Shown: in pieces, positions 11,433 through 24,200 of the stretch
How the letters are laid out: every line of letters starts with the position of its first letter
How positions within the stretch are numbered: position 1 is the first letter of the stretch
NCBI GenBank assembly: GCA_040437565.1
Contig: JBDOQK010000089.1
Coordinates: 1 to 52,856, forward strand
Direction of reading: 5' to 3'
DNA: 52,856 nt
Origin: Albugo candida
Taxonomy: Eukaryota
Made by a program: the position numbers and the translations under genes
Notes under the pieces: model-generated
Databases searched by the model: none
What the model was told of the DNA's origin: nothing
Seen by the model: only the letters and a program-made list of their open reading frames with translations

Positions 11433-12499
11433 TTTACAATCTGATCAAATTGTATTGCGCTTCTGCATGACCATTTCATACCATTACCTACGGGAATATG
11501 ATAAGTTTGGGATTACTGAATGGCCAAGCATAGCAAATGTTCTTCTTTGCTACGTGATTCTGAATGCGTGCCATGCTGAATAGAATCAGCTTGTGTTTCT
11601 TAATCCAACGCAAGTACCGACTGCAACAATATTGTTATTAGCTTACAAAACGCTACATGAATTTTACATGACTTAATGTTACCTCAAAATTGATCTACAT
11701 GACTATTGCAATCACCAAGGGACAAATTCGTCTCATACTGTCGACTTTGAAAAGAAGAACGGTTTTTTTTTAAGACATCTTTTTACTACAGCTTATCACA
11801 TTTTTATTTCCTATTTCCTAATCGTTCATTGCCTTTGCAGCTTTGTCATAAAAGCCATATTCACTCATACTCGATCGGCGTCAATACGCCGACCTAAGTG
11901 TCAAGATCACATATATGCTCGTCCTGATAAGACACTTTCCGATTTTCGACCTTTCTCGTCGGCTCTATTTCTAACAAGTAGCCACAGAAGAATCACTACT
12001 ATGACGACCGGATCGACCCGAGATAGAACACTTTTAGAAAGTGCTAGTGATGCATGCTGCTCCTATTATATTCCAAAACCTATTGTCGTTTCTATTTTCA
12101 TTTCTTTAAAAAGTGAAATGAAGGTTTGATCAACGGATCCTCTACTCTTCTATTATCAAATCTTTTCACTATTTTTCACTGAGCCGTTTTATAGCTGTAC
12201 CCAAAAGATGACAGTGCTAGTGTCCGTATTTGGTCCCGGTAATATTTTTTTATTTTGTTTGAATTACAGTATGTCATTGTAACAAGACGTTTTCCTAAGA
12301 TCCCTTTGAATAGAAAGGTATCCAAGATCGGCTGTAGCTGTAAATGGATGACCACGATACTGGGGCTAGCAGAAAGTAAGGACGGGTGAGAAATCTTTTC
12401 TTTTCTTTAGAATGATTTCGGAGTTGCGTTCGGCAGAAGAACGTGTGACTAGCCGCACTTCCGAATTTTAACCCCCGGAGAGAACGCAGATCTGCTTGA

Positions 12500-12960
12500 G
12501 CGAACAAAAAGCCATTGTTTCAAATGTGACACGTGCACGCAGGCTGACGGGCACATTACCATGCGCATGAGCTATCAACATACAACCTGGCATAGGCTAC
12601 AAAGTTAGAGTCAAGAAGATTCCTTCAAAGTGTAATGCAGACTAATTATCACATTTAAGCGAGGTTTGCCTGCATAAACGGTGGTCAAGTAAGGCTCACA
12701 GAAAGCTCACAAAAGCGGACGCAAAAGAAGGGTAACTCTCGGCGGAGAAGCACTACCGATGGCGTACTTCGAGCCTATAAATCACATGAATTGACGTGGA
12801 ATCGTCTTTGTTTTGGAGCTAGCATCGACATATGATAAATGTGACGTTTCTTTCCAGTATAATCAAATTAGATCAAAGAATAGACAGAGGACAGATACAA
12901 TTCCAATGGTGCGACACGGATACGTGTTCTCTGGCTAGCACAACCGGCTGCGGCATTGTC
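12500..12960 (+). mobile_element. Highly degraded Ty1/Copia RT/RNase H remnant (approximate limits)
   Basis: Manual translation gives RNase H-like fragments (RRSTTDGVL..W; GQIQFQWCDT) with many disablements. Confidence 0.35.
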
Positions 12961-13236
12961 GTTACCGCAGTCATGGACCAATCTCAGCAAAGTAGACAGT
13001 AGTGTGCAGTCTTTCTAGTGGCCATTGACTCAATATATATTTCACCGTTTTGCAGGACCGGGAAGAGGTGGGTAAGCGTTGTCATTTATACCTCGCCAAA
13101 ATCAGTAATGGCCCCCATCAAACTTTATACATGACATCAGTCAGCGTGTTTATACACTAGCGATCCTGCAAGTGATAGATCTTGCAACATTGTAGGATGT
13201 TTAGCTGGTAGAGTGGTTTATTGAATAAGTGTACGC

Positions 13237-15120
13237 CTATTCGAGTATATTCGCGTTTAAGAGCTTCTTTTTATAGAAGTGCCAGTATCCCCTCTCATTC
13301 TACTTGACTTCATCTTTTTGTGCCTCTTGGTGCTTATCCTTACCTTGAGTTTGCTTGCTTTCGATCTTAGAATTGTCCGATCTTTGCATGGGACGTTTTT
13401 TATGTGCCTCTTGCTCCGTATGGTGTCGTTCACTTGAGATACCGTCATTTCGATCATTTCCATCGTTTGCCGCAAAAGAGCGACTTCGTTTTTCACCCGT
13501 CAAATGATTTCGATCGTTCACTGTATCCGAAGATATCGTTCTAAGGGAAGAGATATAGAGATTATATTTTAACACCATTGCTAGGTATCCACAGTTCGCG
13601 AAGCATCAATATTCTGGTGGAACAGCAATCATCCAGAATCTGAGGGGGACAAATCGATCAATGATCAAAACATCGAACCGGGAGTAAGGCAAGTAGAGCA
13701 CTTTGTACTAGCTTTTCCATATAGTACCAGACTGACCAGATGTTTTGTTGAAGGTGCCAGGAGTCCGTCTCAACCACCAAGCTTAAGCCATGGTAGGCCG
13801 GAATAGAACAAAGTTCGTCTGAAACATTGCTCATTTCCTTGCATCACTTCTGCGTCGGATCAGAATGTATTGGATATACATCTCGAGCTGGACAACGACT
13901 GCAAGTGCATTTCCAATGATATAAAAAATCAATGTGCGGCATTCTTTTTGCAGCATATCCTGCTTTTTCCTCTATACAACTTGCAATAATTTGCGATTCT
14001 CCATGGTACGCTCTACCCACATACAGGTGGAAATGTTACGCTCATTTAATATTGCTCGTACGAGTGAAACTCTCCTGGGGATTTCTTCTCCCATATTGTA
14101 GTAGATTTTCCCTTTGGGATATGAAGTGTCCATACTTCTATCATAAGCTGTTATACATTTTAATTTTGGTTTCGGAGTAATCGATCGACAAAGCTGTTTA
14201 AATTGGCCCGTAAAAATTGGACTTCATTTTGATATCACAAAGTGTACTGCTCACTATTTGCAGCTGGTCCGGTTGATACATGCTCGATGGTGCTATCATC
14301 GAACAAAACTACCATTCCGGATGTTCATTCGTTATACAGTCAAGACAGTTCGTTCGTAGATCATGGGACGTGGAAGTTTTATAGCATCCTGGTGGAAATC
14401 TCACACTTTCATATATCAATTCAGTCGTGGGATGCAATCCATAGTGAGCTGCAAGATAATTCGGCTTTTACACAAAAGCGTATTTTGGTGGTCTGAAACG
14501 AACGTTGGATAATTTTCTGACAAGATAGTCACATGGATCGCCACGAATTTTATAAGTGGGTTCAGTACAGATACCCGACAGCCTACATGGCTTGAGAACT
14601 GTACGTTAATTTGTGTATAGCACATGCAGATAGCGCCCTTGTTCCTCTTTGGTTACCAGGCGGGATTTTTGTATGCTCGGAGATCCGCTTCTCATTTTGA
14701 GATATCTACCGCAACAAAGACTTTCTGCCGAATGCGTGAGAATGCATAACCGCTTCAACTCGTGTACATCGACATACGAAGAATCCGATACAGACGTTTC
14801 GGTGTGTGTTGCTCAGAACCTGTTATCGTCATGGAGCCGCACGGAACATCATTATGACAGTCTACTTTGGATTGCAGAAAGGAAGAAGCACAACCAGACG
14901 ATTGAAAATTTTCTCTGGCACGCGGTCGATTAGAGTTATGCAAAGAGTTTAGCGCAAAGGATAAACAATTCACTCCAGCAATATCTATTAGGCAGGATTG
15001 GCCCTTGCCTAGATCACTTGTGGGAGGTAGTCTGACGGTGATAGTGATTGGTTGGGTGGCATCAACAAGTGTATCCGTAAGACAGACACCAAAGAACAGA
15101 AGGCAGTGCTGATGCAGCAT
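13237..15120 (-). pseudogene. CCG-like effector pseudogene (copy 3)
   Basis: MLHQHCLLFFGVCLTDTLVDA signal peptide, then LGKGQSCLIDIAGV (first Cys lost), DCHNDVPCG and LKMRSG. Ends ERGYWHFYKKKLLNANILE* at 13237. Many frameshifts and stops. Confidence 0.85.
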
Positions 15121-16949
15121 GACCAGCGGAAGTGAGAGAAACATTGTTTCCTTGTTTCAATGCCTAAAGTTATCACTTTCCCCGTCCACTATTTATAGAA
15201 GAAAAGTAGCGTACGGGAAAACCCTTGCAATACCAAGTGCTCTGGATTACCATTTTTGAGTTTCATCGAAAAGAAACACGAGTGGTCCTTTGTACAAGCA
15301 CAAGAATGACGGCTTTCAACCAATGGAATGGAAATATGGGAAAAAGCGTTTACACTTTGTATTGTCAGGTTGCAAGAAACGGCGATATCCGCTTTGTCAT
15401 CTGCTTTCTGCATTGATAACTTTTGGTGACGCTCTAATAAAAATGCAGTAGCTATAATACATAAAATTTATTGAATGGAAGTGATTTGGAAAATTTGGAT
15501 GGGAATGAGCACATGTTGATACAGCAATGTGAATTAAACGAAATCGCAAAGTAATCATCTAACACGATTTATGCGAGTGGGCGAAAGCGATTGGTATAGG
15601 GGTAGTCGCGCGACTCCACAGGTACACGATTTTATGAGACTTGGCATTTTATTGAGTAGAAAATAGTCAAGTTATATGAGTAATCTGCAATGATAGATAC
15701 CGATAAGATACGCGAAAAAGTAGTACAGTATAATTCAATCCATCTGGATTTGCTACATTTTGCATCTGTTAAGTTGGGTATTGTGTCTACAGCCATGGAT
15801 CAAGTAGACCAACAAAGAACGATTGGGGGTTTCTGATTAACATGGCAAACGATTGCGTTTCCGGTGAGCTTAATGAAAAGCGTTAGATAATAATCTTACG
15901 CTTCTGAGCAGCATATAAAAGTCTATTTTACTTTAGTGCTCTTTATGAAGCCGTTACTTTCTTTTTTTTTCGATGAGGAGTACTTGTTTCTGGTTCTTCT
16001 CAGCTAAAAATTTCAGTGTCTTTCAGCATGCGCGTGCACACGCACTGTGGTTGATCGCTCTGTGGGATATCGCCCTTCTATATGCGCTTTACACAATTCG
16101 ACGCAAGTCATACATTCTTCGACTTCTTCTCTACTGGGATCGTCGATACAGGGAAATTTAATCGGTTCTTGTCAAAATCCATTGCCCTTACATATACCGC
16201 GAAGGCTTACTTCTTGCCATCCTAGGGCAGAGGGAGGGGGGGGGTAAAGAATTGAGTGTATTATTTTCCGGATGTCTCTCCTTTCGTGGAAAGTATTGAT
16301 GCAGATTTAGCACCAGTGGTGTTGAGGTCGCGTAAATGCAGCAAATGCTACAAATCATCATAATAGACGTTCAGGCAATGTAAGTGTACTAGTAGATAAA
16401 GCTCCAATCAATTCGTGAATTAGTTACGTTGCTTGTTAAGGTAGCCGCATATAAACATGCGCATTTTGGTGGACCTGCACAAACAAATATATAAAAAATT
16501 TATGTGAAAGTGCTTGCATCGTTGAGAACTGAGCCGAACCCGTGTGCTGAGTCCGAGAGGAGGGCCTCCTGTTACGATCAAAAATGGACAACATACTTCG
16601 AGTCTACGTGTACGGTAAGATGCGCTTGAGGTCACAAATACCTACTTGTATTTCATAGACGATGCTTCCAAGTAGGATTGGAAAATGAGAAAGATCTTGA
16701 GCAGGCTTACTGAGAGCGGAAAATTGCTTGATGCAACAATTTCTTGGTAGTTATGTATACCATATATGGTATCCAGACCAAAGTGGCCATAAAACCCCCG
16801 CTTCGTAGAGTGTAGTGAGTACTGAGATCAGCACATGGCTCATCATCACAAGATAGTCTTGGGTAGATAGAGTGGCCGAAAGCCAAAACAGATCCTAGAA
16901 TGTTTAATGGTATGGCTGGCAGAACAAAGAAATCAGTCATACTAATCTA

Positions 16950-18200
16950 GCAGTTGGTTTTAATTGAGTCAGCGTTAGGATCACTTGATGCCAAAAGTCC
17001 TATAAAGGACTACTAGTATATAGCCAATGGGAGCTTTCAAATCAAATTGGCGTGACCTCGGCAAGTGTAGACATGGCTGAACTTCACGAAAGATACGCTA
17101 CACAAGCAGTTGGTGGACTCTTGACTCGAAATGAGACAACGGAATAGAGTTGACATGGTCAAAAAGCAGCTGAAATAGGGCACCGCATTTCAGAAACGCT
17201 ACAATTTAAAATTGTTATTAATTAATGTTGAGGATTTCGTGTTCTACATCGAGGTATAGGGGATACGCATAGCAAACTGAGTACGAATGGAACAAGCCAA
17301 GTAACCTGAGCTAATTCCGCGTTGATTTCAAGGATTCAAAGTAAGTTCAACAAGGAAACACATGATGTACATACAGACTGAAAGCGCCTTAAACGGTATT
17401 GAAATTTGCTACACGTAATCCGTAACAACATTGGGGTCATGTGATTGGGCGAACAAGAGCGATTTTTTTCAACTAGAAGAGATTGAAAATGAGAGTACGA
17501 GCAGGTTGAGAAGGTAGACAAACTTATAAGAGACTGGGAGCTCGTAGCTGAAATAGAGGAAAGTTGAATGATAATCAAATGAACCTGATCAATTATGTAA
17601 CAATTTGTAGTCGCATTAAAAAGCCTATTCAATTTTCACGACTGTACAGAACTCATACCGTCTAATTGCTTATTGAAGATGTCCAATATTTTCGTGGACG
17701 ACCAGGCTGTGAAGTTGGTCCAACCTGAAAGCGCATATAAAATTTTCCGCATTTGATGCACTGCATAGTGCAGCAAAATAAGCATTTCATGTATGATCCT
17801 CATTTGAGCTCCGATTATTTGTAGACCCTTTAATAGCACGTCTGAACATCTGTACCTTTCAGAGGTTCTTTAAGGTCACGAGTGTTTTTCTGACACGTCG
17901 TTGCTTGTTGCTAACAAGCCCCAAATAATAAAAGCATTACATTCATCAGTATTCAAGTCGTGACTGATGGAATAAACTATCTTCTTCCTGCACCGTGCTT
18001 TTATTATATGAAGTGGTGAAGGTCGCGCCTTATCCAGGAGAATTTCATTCAAGCCGATCTTGAGATAGAAATTCCTGTCTTCTATTAATGATCAAGAATT
18101 GGTCTACACCAGCAATGATTTCTCACATTCATCTTGGAAGTGTCGTTAGGTGAAAAGGGCCGGTGATCAGGATGACTTCGTTCTCGACTTGCATATATTG
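16950..18200. mobile_element. Degraded Ty3/Gypsy integrase-region scraps, apparently in both orientations (approximate limits)
   Basis: Plus strand VEDFVF..KL (VGDFVL-like) near 17225. Minus strand QLDGMSS (compare KDGMSGF at about 40135-40155 in the Gypsy element). Short motifs only. Confidence 0.3.
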
Positions 18201-19588
18201 TGAATTAAAAATTCGAAATTAGTACCTCCAACAGCGATATTATTTAATGACCAAAATCCGGGTCTTTTTATGACGCAGCGTTATGGATCTGTGGTTTTTT
18301 TAAAGGTGATTTTGAATGCGTGATATGCTGACAGAATCAACATCCACTTCTAAACTTTATCGCCAGTCAACCCCTCTGCTTTGCTACCAATTGGCACTTC
18401 TTTTAGTTTTCTATGGCATCAAATAACATTGAGCGCAACAAAATCTTTCATAGTATGAAATCCCAAGTGAACTCTAATAAACGTATGTTCCCCCTCAATT
18501 CGATTGGTACGAAATCTATTAAACGTCAACTCGCACGTTCACCGTAGATTTCTACTTTCGGTAGAAGGCTGGTTTTGAAATCAATAAGGCAGGCAATACG
18601 TCACACCTCTACCCAGTCGTATTACTGCATCAGATTAGCCGCATCGTAATGTAACCTCCGGGTTGCTTGCACCAACTCCTCATCGACGTCGTTGCGCAAA
18701 GATGAGTCTCACCATCGCAGATATTTCCGAAGTAGCCAGAATCTCCTGCCTTATTCTTTTACCTCGTCAGTCTTGCGTCATTTACGCAAGCTCAGGTTGT
18801 GTTTCCAGTCGTCTATGTGGATGTAGTGCGTGGTATGAGGTGCATATTGTGTCAGAAAGAAGTCCGTAGACAGTGGGTAAAATGGCAATAAAACGATGAG
18901 TACCGGCGTTACTTATCATCGTCTTGCAAGTGCGATTTCGGATCGGTGGGTTTACAAAATGGATCACTAAAAGTGCTAGCGCCCACTGTAGTCTCGACAT
19001 ACCGTTTTGCTTTATTTCCTAATCATATGGAGTGCACTACAATCATAAATAATCATGACCTTAGAAATCGAAGCATGGTCTCAGGACGGTTTTCAGCTCA
19101 AAGAGGATACTCAATATGCAGGGGCTAGCAAAACAGATTGAACCAACTCTGAGAGAAGGGATTATGGGTAAAATGTGAGGTGCGAACCAAAATACACATG
19201 AACTAAATCAATCAACTTAGCAGGGTAGACAGAGACACAGTCGATAAGATTCTTTGAAGTGTAAGTGTAAATAGTCATTACGCTTAATTGTCAGATGACT
19301 GTAATATGGTCATCAAGTGAGCCTAACGACAAAGTGTCGCTAAACGCAAATGGTTGTGCGGTTGTGTATTTAATATATAAACTGTTGCTTTCGAAAGCAT
19401 TGATGGCTTCCAGCAGACCATGTGTGCGACATCAGTCGACGTTACTTATATAGTGCTAATTATGCAAGTTATAGATCTTGCAAGATGGTAAGAGATTCTT
19501 ACAAGCTATCTTTATAACTCATAGAATGCTGGATAGGACCTTATGGATAAACTGTAGTTGATAAAATGGTAATCAAATGCGTTTACGA

Positions 19589-21256
19589 CTATCCGAGCAT
19601 ATCCGCATTTGAAAGCATCTTCTCATAGGGAAGCGAGTATCTCTCCATGATACCAAACTTTGCTTTGATTGAATCTGATAACATCGGTCGAATCAAAGAG
19701 ACATCCAATGCTTCCCATTGTTTCATTCTGATATACCCACATTCTTCAAAACAATCCGTGTGTTTTTGAGCACCGACCATCAGGAAATAATTTAAATCTG
19801 TGATCAAAATATTCAGCCATGACGTGAGACAAATAAAGCATTTTAGATCTGACTTTTCTGGCCTTTGTATTGTAGTAATAGGGAATTTGTTGTTAGGGAT
19901 GGTTTCGGGATCGAACTACTATCAAGCTCAGGAGCTTGTGAAGTGTACAAATAACAAACTTGCTTCGGAACACTGATAACTTTTTTGCAAAGCTTTCGAC
20001 TCGCCACTGATATTCCGGTAATGCATTCAGAGATGCTGTGTTTTTCTTTCTTTTTGGCAGGTTATTTATCGATGAAACCAAAAAATCAATATGTGACAGT
20101 CTCTTCACAGAAAATCCAGCTTTATACTCCATACAAGCCTGGCACATTTCGTCATAGTTCAGCTCGTGTTCTACCCACATGCAATTTGTAGGCTATGATA
20201 GAGCCAATGTATCTTGAAACCTTGGATGATGCCAGGGCTCACCTGCTGCCATATTGTAGTAGCTCACCCCGAGGGTGTATAGCTAATGCTTGTCTTAGAG
20301 GCTTTCAAACATATTCTTTTTGATTCGGGGTTTTTCCACCCGCAAAGCTCTCCACATTTTTTGATAAGGCATCGAGAACCTTTTGATATAAGGTAAACCG
20401 TCTGCTCAGTTCTTTTATCGCGTTGGTCAGATCCATGCGCGGTGGTGGTATGATCGACCCCAGTACTGCCATCCCTTTTGAGTGTAAAGCCATGCAACCA
20501 AGGCGTTCTGTCTGTCGATCGAGGGCTACGGAAGTAATACAGCATAACGACTTCAATAGTGCGGTCTCTACAATCGCTTCGATCGCAACATGCAAATAAG
20601 CAAGATCTGGATTGGGATTACTTGAAAGATCTACCTGACTGAAATGAATTGATAATTGGATATTTTGTTTACAAGATTTACACAATTACCGTCGCCAAAT
20701 TTATAGTTGAGTCCACTACACATGCCCGAGGATGAACACGGCTTAAGAATGTCGCTTTCAATTGTGTCTAGCACATACAAATAGTATTCACGTCTATCAT
20801 CTGCTACGAGTTGAAATTTTTGTATCGTTTGAGAGCCGCTCCTCATTTTAAGACAGATGCCGCATTTCAAATGTCGTTTGCACATCTGTGAGAACGCACA
20901 GCGGCATCGACTGTGTACCAATAATGCCCAACTTCATATCCCCATTCTAAAGACCTATCACTGTGACGAATCCGCAATTAGACTTACGCTGACACTCAAT
21001 CCCTGCTCTTAAAAGAAGAAGCATTCCCGCCAAAGGCTTGAAATATTGCTGCGGTAGACCGTGGGTTGAAGTGATGTGTAGTGATAGACGCAAGCGAACG
21101 ACGATCCACCCCGGCAATATTCGTCAGGCAGGATTGGCATTCGCCTAGATTACTTTTGAGAGAAAATGTTGCGTTGATTATTACAGGATCCTTGGCATCA
21201 GTAACCGTGTTGAGACGCCACACACCAGCAGAGAGAAGCCAATATAGATGCACCAT
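19589..21256 (-). pseudogene. CCG-like effector pseudogene (copy 4)
   Basis: ORF 20996-21256 reads MVHLYWLLSAGVWRLNTVTDA..CQSCLTNIAG. Then 20631-20921 (CGICLKMRSG..PCSSSGMCSG), 19893-20180 (WVEHE..CQAC) and 19589-19807 (CFEECG..ERYSLPYEKMLSNADMLG*). Frameshifted between fragments. Confidence 0.9.
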
Positions 21257-24200
21257 GACCAGGCAATTTTATAGTGAGGGAATAATTTACCCCTTAGGCA
21301 GGAAAATTTTGTAGGCATCTCCTAAAGACCAGCCACTTCGTAGAAAGAAGCATCGTACCGTAAAAACTCCACCAAAGCAATTGTTGTTCATTCCAATTCA
21401 GATTATTCTACTTGTGAAATAAGGAACATCACAGATGCTTTTTTTCTTATGTGAGTGATTCTTATCAACCAATGAAATCAAAACATGGAATAGAAGCGGG
21501 CATGGAAGTCGCACTCTGTTGTGCCAGTCTCAAATAAAAGGCAGTATGATATTGTGCTCTGACACAGCATAATCACATTTTGTAATGTTACTAAGCAGAA
21601 TCTTTCTGGAAACAACAAAATACGACCAGTAAAAAAGACGCATTTTGTGGGGGTGAATGCGCCGTTCTACCTATAGACAATCGGATAACCGAGCTTTATT
21701 AGTAGGAAACAGTCAAATCTATTCAATAACCCGTGATCGTAGATACGAATAAGATCTAGTCGGATGTAGCAGAAATGTAGAATCATATATCATGAATAAA
21801 TATGTGCTTTCCACTTGCAAACAACAGGCAGTTGCATCTCCTAGCTCTTATAGCAATCCTAGCAACTCGAAGCTCTTCAGTTGACTGCGCCTATCGCGAT
21901 TACCACACCAACCATATGAATGTGTGAAGATGGTATATGTGTCTGGTTCATGATGGTAACATTCAACGGCATTTTGTGTTCGCGCGAAATCTACAGCGAA
22001 ACGCAAGTTTTTTTTCCGTCATCAACTGCATAATCCATGGATTCAAGTCACCGTCATCTATCTACACGTGAAACTTGACGGTTGCTGCGCCAATAAATTT
22101 CATTTCTGAGCTTACATCACCCCCAATACATATTTATCGTATACGTGCGCGTCGGATACATCGTCCGCCGCACACGTATTTGCCTGACTAACAACTTTAG
22201 GCAACACACCACGACGTTCCAGTGAAGGGCCATTCAGGTCCCTCGCACCGAATCTCACATAAATAATTAGTTCAATCTACCAGCCGGATATTAACCCTTC
22301 CGAGAAAGAACGAACATATCTCCCAATAGAAACCCCCAATACTGTAGTTTCTAGTAGGTAAATGTTAAGTTGAAAGACTTACTCGGATCTATTCAAGTCG
22401 TTTTTTTTCAGAAAGTATGAGCTAAGATTGTAAGTCAGGATGCTTCCCGCCAATACGTTGAAACATAACTTACCAGACGTAAGGGAGCGTTAAAATCTCC
22501 ATTTTCTTTGATTTGGTGTCAGTCCAAAACGCTATCCTTGTAATAAACATTCAATTTTGCCATAGGAACCAATAGAATCGCATTGCTTTGTGCATCTGAA
22601 GTTAGAAACACGTTTCCTTCATCATCGGAGTTGCATATCTATTATCGACAGATGTGCAAGCAACTTGATAAGATCAGATGTGATTAAACTACATCCATAA
22701 GAGACATTCCATATCCTATTCGAAGCTGAATTTATGAAACCGTTCATGTGAATAACTGAGAGACATCTTTTACTCCACACAAAAGATTCTTAAGCATGAT
22801 GAAGGATACCTGTCTCGGATATATTGGAATATTGATAAGGATACATGAATTTGAAAAGATCGGCCAAGTTCTCTCTATCGATTGATGGAGGAGGACATGG
22901 AGACTTTAGGGCAAAGTATTTTCTGACTCGTTCTGTTCATGATTCAAGTGCACATCCTCAGGCGCGAGTCAAAGGGAATATTGACGACATGTTCGGTCTT
23001 CGTCGTTATTTGTCTTCAACAAATCTTCAACCAGGCAATGCAGACGACAGCTTCGACGATTGTTTGACCTATTCCTGTTCCGACGTAAAAGTACGTGTAT
23101 TTTTTGCTAAGTTCTCTCCTTACGTAAAATCTAGAAATATATCAACCCAGTTCCGAACCCGATACGTTGTGGACGGAATCGGTTTCTAACTATATACGTT
23201 AACGGTACTAATTAACTCATCAAGACAACGGAAGTGCACAAAACGTTAATTTCCTTAAGGAAAGCCGAAAGCGTGTGAATGTCTTGTAGACGCCATTTGT
23301 CTCACTTTACTTAAAAGGAATGTGGTAATCGATCTCGATCGTTTTGTCCACCTTGTGGGAAATGGTTAGATAAAGTGCTGTTTTTTAGGAGTATATAGAT
23401 ACATGCCGGAAAGCTCGAAAATAAATTTAAACGCGAAGAAATGCGGAGTACTACTGATGATAATATTCAGATTGGTATAATGCGCGATCTACAAGGACGA
23501 ACGTCAATTCGACTTGATACTAAAAATTAGAACTGAGGCACAGGGAAGCTGTTTTTAAGTGTGATACTCTCAATCACGAAGCTCTCAATGGTACTGATTT
23601 CATGGGAAAGAGCTTAAGATTATTTGGTGACTACAAACACGCTAGGGTATGTCCGTATACGTTAGAAAAGCACAAAGGCGTTGTCACTGAATTTAGTGTA
23701 AGAATCCGGATTTACCTTGTCTTCGTGAAGGGGATGGAGGAACATTGACAGAACTGCTTGATCAGAAGAGAAAGTTAACATAATCGATGAAGGCTTGCAG
23801 GATTTGTTGGCAAGATTTTACGGGCCAAGAAAGAAGACGAGATTGTAAAACATTTTTACTGCAAAGGTATTGCTCGGATTGAAAAATTGTGCCCATTTTT
23901 GATTTTTTTCGCATGAATCCGCTGAGCCGATCTCGGTGCTATAGTGGTGCATCGATCTCATCAGATGCTTTCCATTTTTTTTATGTTTAATAATTAGGAG
24001 TAAGACGACATCGAGCAAAGGTCTTGTTGCTTACAGAAAAGGTCAACGAACCGCTACCGAGCTACAATTTATAAGATATATCAATCTCAAATGACAAATA
24101 GGGATATTTACACCAAATTGCTGGTATTGGATGCTTATATAGACCAGGGTATGAGGGTAGATGATAGGGAACAAGTCAGAATGGTATCGAGTGCAAGTTC

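Noticed and set aside
7590-21256. Frameshifts in copies 2-4 explained by introns or programmed frameshifting
   Set aside because: The fragments are collinear with intronless copy 1 without intron-sized inserts, the lesions differ between copies, and conserved Cys residues are also lost; this fits decay.
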